64,000 nucleotides of DNA from Cyanobacteria bacterium P01_D01_bin.156 (GCA_039024555.1 JBCCQQ010000009.1:1-64000), one strand, 5' to 3'; numbered from the stretch's first letter, positions 31,701 through 42,191 are shown. Notes: generated by a model not told the origin, from the letters alone. Numbers and translations are program-made.

Positions 31701-31978
31701 CCAATCATGTTTTTCATTTTGATCGCTGGTGGAACCCGGCGGTAGAAAACCAGGCCACTGACCGAGCTTTCAGGATTGGTCAAACTCGCAATGTGCAAGT
31801 CCACAAGTTTGTGTGTAGCGGTACGTTGGAAGAGCGTATTAACGACATGATTGATAGTAAAAAAGCTTTGGCAGAACAGGTCGTTGGAGCTGGTGAACAA
31901 TGGCTAACGGAGTTAGATACCGATCAATTACGTGAGCTGTTGCTGCTAGATCGTAAAGCTGTGATTGACGAAAGCTGA
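28751..31978 (+). CDS. SNF2/DEAD-family helicase with a DUF3670-like N-terminus
   Basis: LRPYQ, LADDMGLGKT, DEAQ, TGTPVEN, WWNPAVENQATDRAFRIGQ. Confidence 0.96.
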   Translation: MAILHGSWLPDQRRFFVWAETWRRLEKALPADGCVEIHPYCLTVTEFQALPADGALNLAPLVERLKSRWHEQVLALPTVMGDGQIYPQLAGQTQETSTNSEIALYPWRVSGVMLPALAALNFLTSLPLGSEAGLVSGDLRYWSHMVRWGLDLMARGKFLPTVSADGSGAIAAWHLLLNSALDQGRLRQFAERMPLVCRLYQPIANTKRKTGTTKKTTRGTKSKAKTKDKGTGSDTSAIALAISLPVQALPLLQDFLANVVSAKVRDLAQAQPLPATTPLSKDLPLREWVGALIQDKKKRFESTPAGLVRLNEALHTWTAPLQNLTADTLDALNVGFRLMPPSNGQLNWTLHYGLEASDDENFCLDAQTIWQHPVDQLNFRGRTVDAPQEKLLAGLGRAARLCEPIKQTLDTSDPSVCNLDPIQAFEFIKATASRLQDNGFGVTLPENLVDPGKASASRLGLSVKAMAPTRKQQRLGLQSLLNFEWELSIGGQNVSQQEFERLIAQQTPLVEVNGQWVELRPQDVKAAQSFFSSRKTQNKLSVEDVLRISSGDGQLIDKLPVVAFEASGKLDDLITTLTTGNQSLEEIAEPDGFEGKLRPYQARGVSWLSFLEQWGLGACLADDMGLGKTVQLIAFLLNLKQQDILDKPVLLVCPTSVLSNWQREVKRFGPALKTLIYHGDKRPKGATFVKQAQKINLIITSYTLVYRDLKELKKVEWQGLVLDEAQNIKNSDAKQAKAVRELESDFRIALTGTPVENRLSELWSIMDFLNPNYLGPKNFFQRRFATPIERYGDTDSLRTLRGLVQPFVLRRLKTDRSIIQDLPEKQEMTVFCGLSAEQARLYQKAVDSALADIDEADGLKRRGMILGLLVKLKQICNHPAQYLKQASLGKQRRSAKLQRLNEMLEEIILEGDRALIFTQFAEWGTLLQTHLKEYLGEEALFLYGSTSQPARDAMVDRFQHDPNGPKLFILSLKAGGVGLNLTRANHVFHFDRWWNPAVENQATDRAFRIGQTRNVQVHKFVCSGTLEERINDMIDSKKALAEQVVGAGEQWLTELDTDQLRELLLLDRKAVIDES

Positions 31979-32623
31979 TCTTTGTAAACAATCCTGGTTC
32001 GCTTTTTTGGGAAGTGCATGTACTTGTTCAGAGTGCAAAATCTAACAATCTGCAACAGGCTAGTGAGAGATCTCTAAAATTTGAAGAAGGGCCGTTAGTC
32101 TAACTGGCTGTAAGTAAAGTAGACGTAACCAATGGCTGTGCAAGGATAAAGTCCTGATGATATTTGTACCTTCTTACAGTCTGCTAGCCAATGGTTGAGA
32201 GTGATCTCAAATCCTTTGTGTTCAGAGACTATGGACTACTACCGACTATAGATGTATCAGAAAGATTTGCCAAAATTTGTGCCACTGAAAAACCTGGACT
32301 AGTCCTGATGACGGTATTTAGGACAGTTGATATTTAGTTAGATATAGCCCTCGATGCCATCAACATCAATTAGATGCTGTTCATCAGGAATGGGTGAGCT
32401 GGGTGATGTAGATCCTATAGTCATCTTGATGTAAGTCACTTGGAGTCAGACCGTCCCCCTATACGCTAAGTGTGGGTGCGTCAGTCTAGCTCCTACGATT
32501 TTCATCTGACTCAAAGCAATCCCCCAGTTTTGAAGTTTGTTCCCCGCTCTATCAGCTCGGGCACACTACATCTACGAGGGCTAGACGGCCTTGACTGTTC
32601 TTAAAGCTACACCGCCCATGGTT

Positions 32624-33895
32624 ATGGATGCAACGTCTTATAAATCCACTACAGATGCTGATTTGGCAGCCCCCAGCTCTGTTGCTTTGGCTACTGCTGA
32701 TCCGAATAAGGATGAGCCTAGCGACACCGATATTAAAATGCTCATTTCCAAGGATGAGGATAGTACTGTAGACAGCTTAGACGTTGAGAAGTTGGCGGTA
32801 GCCCCTGGGCGACGTACTACTGATTTGGTTCGTCTTTACTTACAGGAGATTGGTCGTGTTCGCCTGTTAGAGAGAGATGAGGAGGTTGCGGAAGCCCAGT
32901 TGGTGCAAAGCTACATGAAGCTTTTAGGCCAGCGTAAGGCAGCTGCCGAAGCGAACGATTCTGTTTTGGCCAGTTATGTTTTGATTCTGGAGACACGGGA
33001 TCGCATGACTGCGCAGTTGGGTCATCGTCCATCTTTGGAGCGTCTTGCTAAAGCCTGTGATATTGCTCCAATAGAGCTTAAGCCTTCTTTGCAGTCTGGC
33101 AAGCGCCGTTGGGCTGAGTTGGTTGGAATGTCCGTGCAAGCGTTAGATACGGCTTGTCATGAGGGCATTCGAGCTAAGGAACACATGATTAAAGCGAATC
33201 TGCGCTTGGTCGTGTCTGTTGCGAAAAAGTATCAGAACCGTGGGCTGGAATTACTGGATCTAATCCAGGAAGGCACTCTGGGTTTGGAACGGGCGGTTGA
33301 AAAGTTTGACCCTACGAAGGGCTATCGCTTTAGTACATATGCTTACTGGTGGATTCGTCAGGGCATTACTCGGGCGATCGCAACCCAAAGCCGCACGATA
33401 CGTTTACCAGTTCACATCACCGAAAAACTAAATAAGATCAAAAAAGCTCAGCGGAAAATTTCCCAAACTAAAGGCCGTACTGCGACAGTTGAGGATATTG
33501 CCCGGGAACTGAAAATGACGGCTCCTCAAGTGCGAGAGGTGTTGTTAAAAGTGCCTCGATCTATCTCCTTGGAAACCAAGGTTGGTAAAGAGCGAGATAC
33601 AGAACTGGGCGATTTGCTTGAAACGGATGCCCTATCTCCTGAAGAGCTAGCTGTACGAGATGCTCTGCGTCGGGATTTGCATCAACTTTTGGCAGACCTG
33701 ACTACTCGAGAACAGGAAGTGATTCGGCTGCGGTTTGGCTTAGGAGACGGTGTGCCTTATTCCTTAGCTGAGATTGGTCGTACCTTAGAACTTTCTCGTG
33801 AGCGGGTGCGGCAGATTGAGTCTAAGGCCTTGCAGAAGTTACGCCAGCCTAAGCGACGCAATCGCATCCGTGACTATCTAGAAGCGTTAAGTTAG
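32624..33895 (+). CDS. sigC: Group 2 RNA polymerase sigma factor, SigC-like
   Basis: TDLVRLYLQEIGRVRLL, ANLRLVVSVAKKYQNRG, FSTYAYWWIRQGITRAIA, region 4 SRERVRQIE; start uncertain (32591-32624). Confidence 0.85.
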   Translation: MDATSYKSTTDADLAAPSSVALATADPNKDEPSDTDIKMLISKDEDSTVDSLDVEKLAVAPGRRTTDLVRLYLQEIGRVRLLERDEEVAEAQLVQSYMKLLGQRKAAAEANDSVLASYVLILETRDRMTAQLGHRPSLERLAKACDIAPIELKPSLQSGKRRWAELVGMSVQALDTACHEGIRAKEHMIKANLRLVVSVAKKYQNRGLELLDLIQEGTLGLERAVEKFDPTKGYRFSTYAYWWIRQGITRAIATQSRTIRLPVHITEKLNKIKKAQRKISQTKGRTATVEDIARELKMTAPQVREVLLKVPRSISLETKVGKERDTELGDLLETDALSPEELAVRDALRRDLHQLLADLTTREQEVIRLRFGLGDGVPYSLAEIGRTLELSRERVRQIESKALQKLRQPKRRNRIRDYLEALS

Positions 33896-33927
33896 TGAGT
33901 CCTTTGCTTAGGATAATCAGTGCTTAG

Positions 33928-33970
33928 GCACTATGTGCGGTGAAGTTTTTTACCGCACATAGTGCTTTTG
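33928..33970 (+). terminator. Terminator after sigC
   Basis: 14-bp perfect inverted repeat GCACTATGTGCGGT/ACCGCACATAGTGC followed by TTTT. Confidence 0.8.
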
Positions 33971-34045
33971 TCGGTAAAAAAAGCCAGCAGGGTCAACTGC
34001 TGGCTGGACAGGAGTAATTGCTGGAACAGGAAATCGCTTTCCGCC

Positions 34046-34210
34046 CTAGCAAAGATGGTCAAAAAGAACGGCGGTAACGGATGCAAAAGCAGTTATGCCC
34101 AATCCAACGAAGGGATTTTGTCCTTGGCTAACGGCAAACGATGTAATAATGCCTGCGCCAAGAGCCGCAAGGACAAAGGAACCGAGCCAGTCTTTTTGAA
34201 CGTTATGCAT
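34046..34210 (-). CDS. Small two-TM membrane protein, hypothetical
   Basis: MHNVQKDWLGSFVLAALGAGIITSFAVSQGQNPFVGLGITAFASVTAVLFDHLC, two hydrophobic helices. Confidence 0.65.
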   Translation of the reverse strand: MHNVQKDWLGSFVLAALGAGIITSFAVSQGQNPFVGLGITAFASVTAVLFDHLC

Positions 34211-34341
34211 AGGTTGCAGATAAGGCATGAGAGCGTAAACGACTAGGGCTAAATTATCATCAGCGAACGAGCCCTATGAAGCTAAACGTACATTCCGTAA
34301 TTAAGATTCAAGCTCAGAGATGTTTTGTTACAAAGCACTGA

Positions 34342-34968
34342 CTAGTTCCTATTGAGTGTGTTGAGTAGCTGAGCTACTTTTGCTAAGTTTTTGTTGCCAG
34401 GAGCATTTTCTACGCTACTGGATAGATCAATGCCATTGGGCGAAAGTATTGAGAGAGCATGACGAATATTACTTGGGCTTAACCCGCCAGCTAAAAACCA
34501 CGGACGTTGTGGACGAAATGTTGCCAGGGAGTCCCAATCCAGTGTTCGGCCTGTACCACCCAACTGTTCGGGGTGATAGGCATCTAAAAGAAACGTGTCC
34601 ACATGGGGAGTGTAGTGTTGCAGTGATGCTAAGTCATCTAGGCTCCGGACTCGTAAGGCTTTAATAAGTTCTACGTTAGGTAAGTTAGAGCGAATCTCTG
34701 CACACTCTGCTGGGGACTCTTGCCCGTGGAGTTGCACCCCAGTCAGGCGACCAATTTTGACTGTGTATTGAATGCTTTCTAGCGATGCGTTTGCAAACAC
34801 GCCAAATCGATCAATGGGCGGTAGATCCTGAACAATTTGGCCAATTTCTAGGGGTGTGATGTAGCGTGGGGACTGTTTGACACAGATAAATCCTAGAACA
34901 GAAGCCCCCATATTTGAGATCGCAACCGCCTGATCAGATCGAGTGAGGCCACAAATTTTAATACGCAT
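34342..34968 (-). CDS. trpF: Phosphoribosylanthranilate isomerase
   Basis: RIKICGLT, VQLHGQE, LLDAY..GGTG, FLAGGL, IDLSSSVE. Confidence 0.97.
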   Translation of the reverse strand: MRIKICGLTRSDQAVAISNMGASVLGFICVKQSPRYITPLEIGQIVQDLPPIDRFGVFANASLESIQYTVKIGRLTGVQLHGQESPAECAEIRSNLPNVELIKALRVRSLDDLASLQHYTPHVDTFLLDAYHPEQLGGTGRTLDWDSLATFRPQRPWFLAGGLSPSNIRHALSILSPNGIDLSSSVENAPGNKNLAKVAQLLNTLNRN

Positions 34969-35180
34969 TCGGAAATAAAGATTCGGGAATCTAGTAACGC
35001 CATCCATAACCCTCATTATTACAATGAAGGCAGTTCCAACAGTTAGGCAGCCTGTAAGTCCTTTGCTCGATTTAGATTTTTTTGCAAAAAAATTGTTGAG
35101 CTGGATGTGGGTACGGTTTAGTAGGACTATTTTAATAATCTATTTCCTAGGATCTCTAGGCGTTTCAAAGGTATATCACC

Positions 35181-36377
35181 ATGCAATCTGGTTGGCGCGT
35201 CGGCGTAATTTTTGGCATCCCACTTTTTGTTGATACATCGTGGTTTTTTATCGTCCTGCTGATGACGTTTGCTTATGGCAGCGATCTTTTGGGCGATGGC
35301 TTTCCATTTCTGATAGCGGCAGTGGTGGGACTGGGAATGGCATTGCTGTTATTTGGTTCCGTGTTGCTCCATGAGTTGGGGCATAGTTTGGTTGCTAAAC
35401 GTCAAGGTATTCAGGTGAATTCAATTACCCTATTTTTGTTTGGCGGGATTGCGTCTATTGATAAGGAATCAAAAACGCCCGGACAAGCGTTCCAAGTTGC
35501 GATCGCAGGTCCTTTAGTTAGTTTTTTCCTATTTTTATTACTTTCAGTCGTTGCTCAAACTCAATCCGAGCAGACTATTGCCGCCCTAATGATTGGTAGA
35601 ATTGCCGATATTAACTTGGTGCTGACGCTCTTTAATCTAATTCCAGGATTGCCCTTAGATGGTGGGCAGATATTGAAATCAGCAGTCTGGAAACTGACGG
35701 GTAGTCGTGTTCAAGGTGTGCGTTGGGCCGCTAGAGTTGGACAACTACTCGGCTGGACCGCAATTACTATCGGCATTTATACTTATCTCACCACGCAACA
35801 ATTTCAATTTCTGTGGTTGTCTCTATTGGGCTGGTTTGCAGTACGTAATGCGGGTGCATACAATCGTGTCAGCGATCTCCAGGACGCCATTGCCAGCCTA
35901 AAGGCTAAGGATGCCAGTGTCCGTGAGTTTAAGGTTGTTGATGCAACGATTACTCTTAGGTCTTTTGCCGATAATCAACTACTACATGAGGGGAAACCCG
36001 GTGTTTGTTTTGCGGCTTCTAATGGTCGCTATCGAGGCCTGATTTCTTTGGATGACCTACGGCAAGTAGAGCGGAGTCGGTGGGAAAGTATGACTTTGGC
36101 AGACATTGCCCATCCTTTACTAGATCTGCCCTATGTCCGTGAAGAGACGCCGTTATCAAAGGTTATTACTGATTTAGAGGAAAATGAACTGGGTAGAATT
36201 ACGGTTTTATCCCCTGCGGATGCAGTCGCTGGCATCATCGATCGTGGAGATGTAGTAAGAGCCTTAGCAAAACGGCTAAACTTTCCGATTTCTGAGGCAA
36301 TTATTGATCGGATTAAAGAAGAAGGTGCCTATCCATCAGGGCTTCAATTAGCTGCAATTGCGCGTAATACTGAGTAG
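35181..36377 (+). CDS. Site-2 protease (M50) with CBS domains
   Basis: HELGH, NLIPGLPLDGG and a C-terminal CBS pair. Confidence 0.95.
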   Translation: MQSGWRVGVIFGIPLFVDTSWFFIVLLMTFAYGSDLLGDGFPFLIAAVVGLGMALLLFGSVLLHELGHSLVAKRQGIQVNSITLFLFGGIASIDKESKTPGQAFQVAIAGPLVSFFLFLLLSVVAQTQSEQTIAALMIGRIADINLVLTLFNLIPGLPLDGGQILKSAVWKLTGSRVQGVRWAARVGQLLGWTAITIGIYTYLTTQQFQFLWLSLLGWFAVRNAGAYNRVSDLQDAIASLKAKDASVREFKVVDATITLRSFADNQLLHEGKPGVCFAASNGRYRGLISLDDLRQVERSRWESMTLADIAHPLLDLPYVREETPLSKVITDLEENELGRITVLSPADAVAGIIDRGDVVRALAKRLNFPISEAIIDRIKEEGAYPSGLQLAAIARNTE

Positions 36378-36703
36378 TTCTGTATAGATTTCCGCTTAGC
36401 TCTCTTACCGTTGCTACAAAACGTTTGCCACACGACTGCGAGAACGTGTGTAGTCTTTGCTTCTAAAGTTAGTCTAAAGTAGATTTTTTAGGCAATTTGT
36501 AGCACTCGGATTCAATAGTCTTTGCATCATTTTCCGCAATAGGTGTATGTAAATAAGCCACCTCAGTTCTTTAAGGCTATTTGCTCAACTTCCGTGATTT
36601 GTCCATTGGTTGAAAATCACTGTGGCAATTAAGGTATTGTCATACTCTTAATGACGCAGGTAAACATGACTTATGGTCTTGTGAATCCTTGCTCACAGGC
36701 TTT

Positions 36704-37870
36704 ATGCAGCATTGGTTACGTAAATCTGGTTGGCGACTACTACCAGGGATATTAGCGGTAGGGTTAACTCTCGGACTTGCCCGTGCAGGCATTTTTCAAC
36801 CTTTTGAACACGGTGTTTATCGACTGTTATTCCGTCTTAGAGGTGAGCAACCCTGGGATGAGCAAGTAGCGGTTATTGAAATTGATGAGGCTAGTTTGGA
36901 GAAAATTGGTCCTTTCCCATGGCCACGTTCCTATTACACCGATCTCTTGCAACAGTTAACGCCTGCTAGACCCAGTGTTATTGCGTTTGATATTTTGTTT
37001 GCTGGGCCTAGTGACGATGATACGGATTTAGCTAGAGCTATGGCTAACCATGGCAATGTTGTTTTAGCGACAGCTTGGGATGGACTAGGGGCTGTCATTG
37101 GCCCTAATGCTGATGTGATGAAAGGTGCGATCGCAACTGGGCATATTCATCATCAAGCGGATCCGGATGGTATTACCCGTTTTTATCAAGCTAAAGTCAA
37201 TGGCACTATGGCTTTGAGTATTCAGGCTGTGGAACACCATTCTCAAAAGTTTGCCTCAAATATCTCGGTACCCATTTCCAAGCAAGCTCTTTGGCTGAAT
37301 TGGAGAGGCAAGTCTCATACGGCTACTCGCTATTCTTTTAGTGACGTACTTTTAGGAAAGATTCCTGCAGAAAAATTTACTAACAAAATTATTTTCATTG
37401 GTTTTACGGGCGGTAGTTTGGATACAATGACAACTCCTTACAATCTCAACATTCCAACAGCAGGGGTTTATCAGCATATTGTTGCCGCTAATAACCTTCT
37501 CTCTCACAATCACTTAAAAAGGCCTAGGATTTCCCTTATGTCTTTCTTTTTGCTGATTGCAAGTACTATTTTTGGTTACTCTTTGTTCTCTAATTCTTTC
37601 ACTCGTCAAACTTTTAGCTGTCTATCCGTTGTTGTAATTTGGGGAGTGACAGTGGTCATTGCATTTAATAATGACTATTGGTTACCTATAGCTGCCCCTT
37701 TAGCAGCAACCGTGCTCACAGCTAATTTTGTAAAATTGTCAGAAGGTTCTCGACCGCTGAAAAAGGTCTCTCTTTCCTCAGAAATGAGAGCTGTAGGGCA
37801 TACGCTGCCTCTAGCAATAACCCCTTCATTAGGGAATGCATCATCAACCAGCAAGCGATATCAGCTTTGA
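36704..37870 (+). CDS. CHASE2 sensor-domain membrane protein without a recognisable output domain
   Basis: VIEIDEASL..IGPFPWPRS, VIAFDILF, DPDGITR, three C-terminal TM helices, then about 40 aa to the stop. Confidence 0.8.
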   Translation: MQHWLRKSGWRLLPGILAVGLTLGLARAGIFQPFEHGVYRLLFRLRGEQPWDEQVAVIEIDEASLEKIGPFPWPRSYYTDLLQQLTPARPSVIAFDILFAGPSDDDTDLARAMANHGNVVLATAWDGLGAVIGPNADVMKGAIATGHIHHQADPDGITRFYQAKVNGTMALSIQAVEHHSQKFASNISVPISKQALWLNWRGKSHTATRYSFSDVLLGKIPAEKFTNKIIFIGFTGGSLDTMTTPYNLNIPTAGVYQHIVAANNLLSHNHLKRPRISLMSFFLLIASTIFGYSLFSNSFTRQTFSCLSVVVIWGVTVVIAFNNDYWLPIAAPLAATVLTANFVKLSEGSRPLKKVSLSSEMRAVGHTLPLAITPSLGNASSTSKRYQL

Positions 37871-37932
37871 AAATTTCTCTGATGAGAGGAAGACTTTTTA
37901 TCCGACTTACTGTTTTGCAATGATTGTTGATC

Positions 37933-38652
37933 CTATCGAGTTATCCAGCGTATAGCTTGTGCTTTTTCCTGAGGTAACAGCGGTTGAATACTAAGTTTGA
38001 TTCCGAAAATCTTTTGTGCAGCCTTTACGAGAGCTTGAATGATGTCAGCCTGTTCAATTCTCGCTAATGCTACGGGAGATATTAACTCGGTGCCAAAGAC
38101 TTTTTTATGCAAAGCAGGGTTAGGATTGAGACGCATAGAACCATGTTGTAAAAGACCACCATTACGATATAGTTGTGCGCTGCCGATGACTTTATAACCA
38201 CTATTTGTAACTAAATCAGCGACTGTCGAGGACCCAAAACAGTTAGTAGAACGCTCATAACGACGCTCCGTTCCTAATTGCAGCTCAATACCTAAAGACT
38301 GCCAGCCATCTATCAAAAAGCTGCACAAATATCTGTAAATATCTCGTCGTCGTCCACGACAGCTCGACATAATTAAGCTGTAAGTTAAATCCCCTTGGTG
38401 TAAGACTGCCCGTCCACCACTTGGACGCCTTACCAAGTCAACTTTTTGGCTCTTCCACCAAAGATCATGCCAATACTCTGGATGGTGACGCTGATGATAC
38501 CCTAAAGAAATGGCTATGGGTTCCCAGGTATAAAACCTCAGGCATGGCAACTCTTTTCCACAACAATGTTGTTCTAAGAGCCACTCATCAATCGCCATCT
38601 GCTTAAAACCAGAAGCTTTAATAGGAGGAATCAGGCGCCATGTTTCTTGCAC
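37933..38652 (-). CDS. Lipoate-protein ligase A family (LipM/LplA-like)
   Basis: QMAIDE, LRFYTW, VRRPSGGRAVLH, KVIGSAQ, LQHGS. Confidence 0.93.
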   Translation of the reverse strand: MQETWRLIPPIKASGFKQMAIDEWLLEQHCCGKELPCLRFYTWEPIAISLGYHQRHHPEYWHDLWWKSQKVDLVRRPSGGRAVLHQGDLTYSLIMSSCRGRRRDIYRYLCSFLIDGWQSLGIELQLGTERRYERSTNCFGSSTVADLVTNSGYKVIGSAQLYRNGGLLQHGSMRLNPNPALHKKVFGTELISPVALARIEQADIIQALVKAAQKIFGIKLSIQPLLPQEKAQAIRWITR

Positions 38653-38655
38653 AGT

Positions 38656-39138
38656 TTAAATAGCAGGATACTTTTCTATTAAGTCGTCATCTTTTTCATC
38701 TGCAAGGCTTGCCACAATAGTCATTAGTCTGGCAATTTCACCAGGATTGATATCTGCTAAAGTTCGGCTCGCTAAGATCAGTACATCTTGATTAGATATA
38801 CCAAAACAAGCTTCTAAAGTTGCGCCGCAGTTCATGGTTAGCAACTCGTGCATTAATTCCGATTGGTTAGCTACTGGTAGCTTGAGTAGAGGAGACCAAA
38901 CAGTCAGCGTATCTTCGTCATTTGTACCAGTGAGTTGTACGTAGACTGTGACACTGCCATACGCAAATTTCCATAGGTAGTTACCGTCTGCATCGTGACG
39001 AACCATGGCACTGCTTCCCTGATCTAGACTAGCGATGACGGTCTCGATAACGTCGATATGACTCGCTTGAAAGCTTTCGCTTCCAGTGCTGATAGTTTCA
39101 CCAGCAGCTTTAAAATTCAGGGAATCCATGAATTCCAA
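38656..39138 (-). CDS. YbjN domain protein
   Basis: WKFAYGSVTVYVQL...LTVWSPLLKLP pattern of cyanobacterial YbjN-like proteins. Confidence 0.8.
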   Translation of the reverse strand: MEFMDSLNFKAAGETISTGSESFQASHIDVIETVIASLDQGSSAMVRHDADGNYLWKFAYGSVTVYVQLTGTNDEDTLTVWSPLLKLPVANQSELMHELLTMNCGATLEACFGISNQDVLILASRTLADINPGEIARLMTIVASLADEKDDDLIEKYPAI

Positions 39139-39427
39139 TTACTCCTAATATTTTGATATTTTGTGCTCATTCGCGTTAAAACTCGGAATGCTTGCGGTGA
39201 GGCAAAACATAATCCCATGAAGGTATCAGTCAATGAAAAACATCCTATTGATCGATACACACCCTTACTCTACCCCTACCGTTCTTAAAGGAAATAGCAG
39301 TAGACTATTCTTTAATTTTTTCCACAGTTGTTAAAGCCACGGCCTAACCAAATGTAGCTCGAACCACATGAGGTACTAAGGACCAAAAAATTATGCTATG
39401 TTTCTAACGCGCTACATCTACGATGGT

Positions 39428-40126
39428 CTAGTAGTTGGAAAAGGCTGGCTGATGACGAATCAAACTCAAAAACTCTTCTCTCGTTTTCTGATTATTTTGA
39501 AAAACACCTAGCATGGCGCTAGTGACTGTCCAGGACCCTGGTTTCTGAACACCGCGCATTGCCATACACATGTGGCTAGCTTCCATGACTACTGCGACGC
39601 CTTGAGGCTCCAGAATTTCATCAATGGCTTCTGCTACCTGCCGTGTTAAGCGCTCTTGTACCTGTAAACGGCGAGAATACATTTCGACGATACGCGCCAA
39701 CTTGCTTAGGCCTACAACTTTTTGGTTAGGAATATAGGCAACATGAGCTCTGCCCATAAAAGGAAGCATATGGTGTTCACACAGGCTGAAGAAGTTAATA
39801 TCACGTACCAATACCATTTCGTTATGGCCTTCATCAAAAATGGCATTGTTGACAATTGTCTCTAGGGATTGCGTATACCCCTGAGTCAAAAATCGCATAG
39901 CCTCTGCCACACGTTTTGGAGTTTTTAGTAACCCTTCGCGTTCAGGATCTTCTCCAAGCTCAGCCAGCATTGTGTGTACGGCTTCCATGAGCTTTGTGTT
40001 GTCAGTGGATGGCTCATTGAGCAACGCCTCATAGCTTTTAGAGGTTTCACTGTTGGGGCGTACTTTAGTATCCGATGACTTGCCATTTAACAAACCATTA
40101 GTCGAACCGTTAGTTGAAGTCACCAT
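39428..40126 (-). CDS. folE: GTP cyclohydrolase I
   Basis: [43 protein letters not shown]. Confidence 0.99.
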   Translation of the reverse strand: MVTSTNGSTNGLLNGKSSDTKVRPNSETSKSYEALLNEPSTDNTKLMEAVHTMLAELGEDPEREGLLKTPKRVAEAMRFLTQGYTQSLETIVNNAIFDEGHNEMVLVRDINFFSLCEHHMLPFMGRAHVAYIPNQKVVGLSKLARIVEMYSRRLQVQERLTRQVAEAIDEILEPQGVAVVMEASHMCMAMRGVQKPGSWTVTSAMLGVFQNNQKTREEFLSLIRHQPAFSNY

Positions 40127-40231
40127 AATGTGGATAATGAAATTAAAGGTAATGATTAGATCAGCGGTGCGTCTTATTTGAGACGAATAGAGGTCAAGTA
40201 ACCTTGACCCAACAACAAAATGACTAAGGAA

Positions 40232-40960
40232 TCACAGAGTTCCTCCGCTCGGCATGATGGTTAGTTCTTCGACTACTGCTCCGGCCGGTAACAGTGCGGT
40301 TTGAAGAATTGCATTGGCGACTAAATCAGGTGTCAACATGCCAGTGCGGTCAAAGTCTGCGTGAACGGTATCGGTATCCCATAAAGGGGTATTTACAGCT
40401 CCTGGGAAGATCGTTACAACACGAATACCGTGTTCACGTTCTTCTACCGAAATGGCTTTTGATAAGGCAACCACAGCAGCTTTGCTAATGCTATATGCGC
40501 CCCATTCAGGAAATGCTTGGCGAGCTGCTATGGATGCAACATTAATAATCATGCCAGAGCTGTGCTCGCGCATGGCTGGTAAAACAGCCTGAATGCATTG
40601 GAATACACTTGTCACGTTCAGATCCAACACCTGACACCAATCATGCAAAGGCATCTCATTCAGATAACCTGTGTAACCCATGCCAGCATTATTCACCAGC
40701 ACATCAACAGGACCAAACTTCTGAATAATGTCGGCGATTTTTTCTCTAACTTGGTTTACAACCCCCAAATCTGTAGGAAAACTGACCGCATGAACTGATG
40801 AAACTGTCTCTATTTCTGTGACTAGAGCTTGTAGCTTGTCTGCTGAACGACTCACTAGTGCTACGTCAAAGCCAGCATTCGCAAACGCAAGTGCTGTAGC
40901 ACGTCCAATGCCAGTGCTGGCACCTGTAATCAACGCGCGGCGATTGGGGGCAGTGTTCAT
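40232..40960 (-). CDS. Short-chain dehydrogenase/reductase
   Basis: TGASTGIG, NNAG, YSISK; upstream of folE. Confidence 0.95.
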   Translation of the reverse strand: MNTAPNRRALITGASTGIGRATALAFANAGFDVALVSRSADKLQALVTEIETVSSVHAVSFPTDLGVVNQVREKIADIIQKFGPVDVLVNNAGMGYTGYLNEMPLHDWCQVLDLNVTSVFQCIQAVLPAMREHSSGMIINVASIAARQAFPEWGAYSISKAAVVALSKAISVEEREHGIRVVTIFPGAVNTPLWDTDTVHADFDRTGMLTPDLVANAILQTALLPAGAVVEELTIMPSGGTL

Positions 40961-41210
40961 TCAGGGGAGAATAATGAAAAACAGGGATGGGCTTACACTT
41001 GATATTAACAAATGTTACGGGTGATATGGAGTTTTTGTGGTGAGAGAGTTTTCAAAAACTTCCTAAACCTTTAATCTACTTGTGTTTTAACGATACTAAA
41101 ACAACTCCGTTGCCTTAGGGTTTTCTCAGTTTTCCTACCAGTGTCTTAACTGTCTATCAAAAGAAAATTCTAAGAACCCGTTTAAGACAAATAAAAAAGA
41201 AGTTCAAATT

Positions 41211-42191
41211 CTAAGCAACTTCAGCAAAAACCCCAATTTGGCGAAACTTTCGGTATCGTTCTTGCCTGCGTTGTTCTGGAGACATAGTTAGTAAAGTGTT
41301 GAGATTATCCTCGAGAGCTTCTTTAAGGTTTTCAGCTGCTTGGATTGGAGCGGCATGGGCTCCACCGATGGGTTCTGTCAGTAGCTGATCCAAAATTCCC
41401 AAACCCTTCAAATCTTGGGCTGTGATTTTTAACGACTCTGCAGCCTGTGATGCACGAGATGAATCCTTCCACAAAATAGCTGCACAGGCCTCAGGACTGG
41501 CTACGGTATAAACGGAGTGCTCAAACATGAGCAATCGGTCACCTATACCAATACCTAATGCTCCACCAGATCCGCCTTCCCCGATAACAGTACAGATAAT
41601 CGGACTATCGAGACGAAACATCTCTCTCAAATTGAAAGCAATTGCTTCTCCTTGTCCCATTTCTTCAGCTTCTAAACCGGCCCAGGCTCCTGGTGTATCA
41701 ATGAAGGTGAAAATAGGCATCTTAAAACGATTTGCATGCTCCATTAAGCGCATAGCTTTACGATAACCACCAGGAGATGCCATCCCAAAGTTGCGGGCTA
41801 CATTATCCTTGGTGTCTCGCCCCTTTTGATGGCCAAGCATGACGACTGAATGACCATTAAAGCGGGCAATGCCTCCCACCAGTGCTAAATCATCTTTTCC
41901 GGAACGCCGATCGCCATGCAGTTCTATCCATTCTTCAGAAATTGCTTGAATGTAGTCCAATGTGCTGGGTCTACGAGGGTGACGAGCCACTTGAATACGC
42001 TGTGCCGGTGTAAGACTACTAAAAATTTCCTGCCTTAGTTGCTGGGCTCGCGACTCCAATTGCTGAATCTGTACAGAAACATCAACATCGTTATCCTCAG
42101 CCAATGCGCGTATTTGCAAAATACGTGATTCTAATTCAGCCAAAGGTTTTTCAAAGTCCAATAAGATTGGCCTTTTTTCTGTTGTTGCCAT
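41211..42191 (-). CDS. accA: Acetyl-CoA carboxylase carboxyltransferase alpha subunit
   Basis: [31 protein letters not shown]. Confidence 0.99.
   Translation of the reverse strand: MATTEKRPILLDFEKPLAELESRILQIRALAEDNDVDVSVQIQQLESRAQQLRQEIFSSLTPAQRIQVARHPRRPSTLDYIQAISEEWIELHGDRRSGKDDLALVGGIARFNGHSVVMLGHQKGRDTKDNVARNFGMASPGGYRKAMRLMEHANRFKMPIFTFIDTPGAWAGLEAEEMGQGEAIAFNLREMFRLDSPIICTVIGEGGSGGALGIGIGDRLLMFEHSVYTVASPEACAAILWKDSSRASQAAESLKITAQDLKGLGILDQLLTEPIGGAHAAPIQAAENLKEALEDNLNTLLTMSPEQRRQERYRKFRQIGVFAEVA

Noticed and set aside
32280..32330. CTGATGA plus an upstream GAAA, suggesting a hammerhead ribozyme
   Set aside because: Stems II and III cannot be formed around the core, and no GAAA follows either CTGATGA at a workable distance
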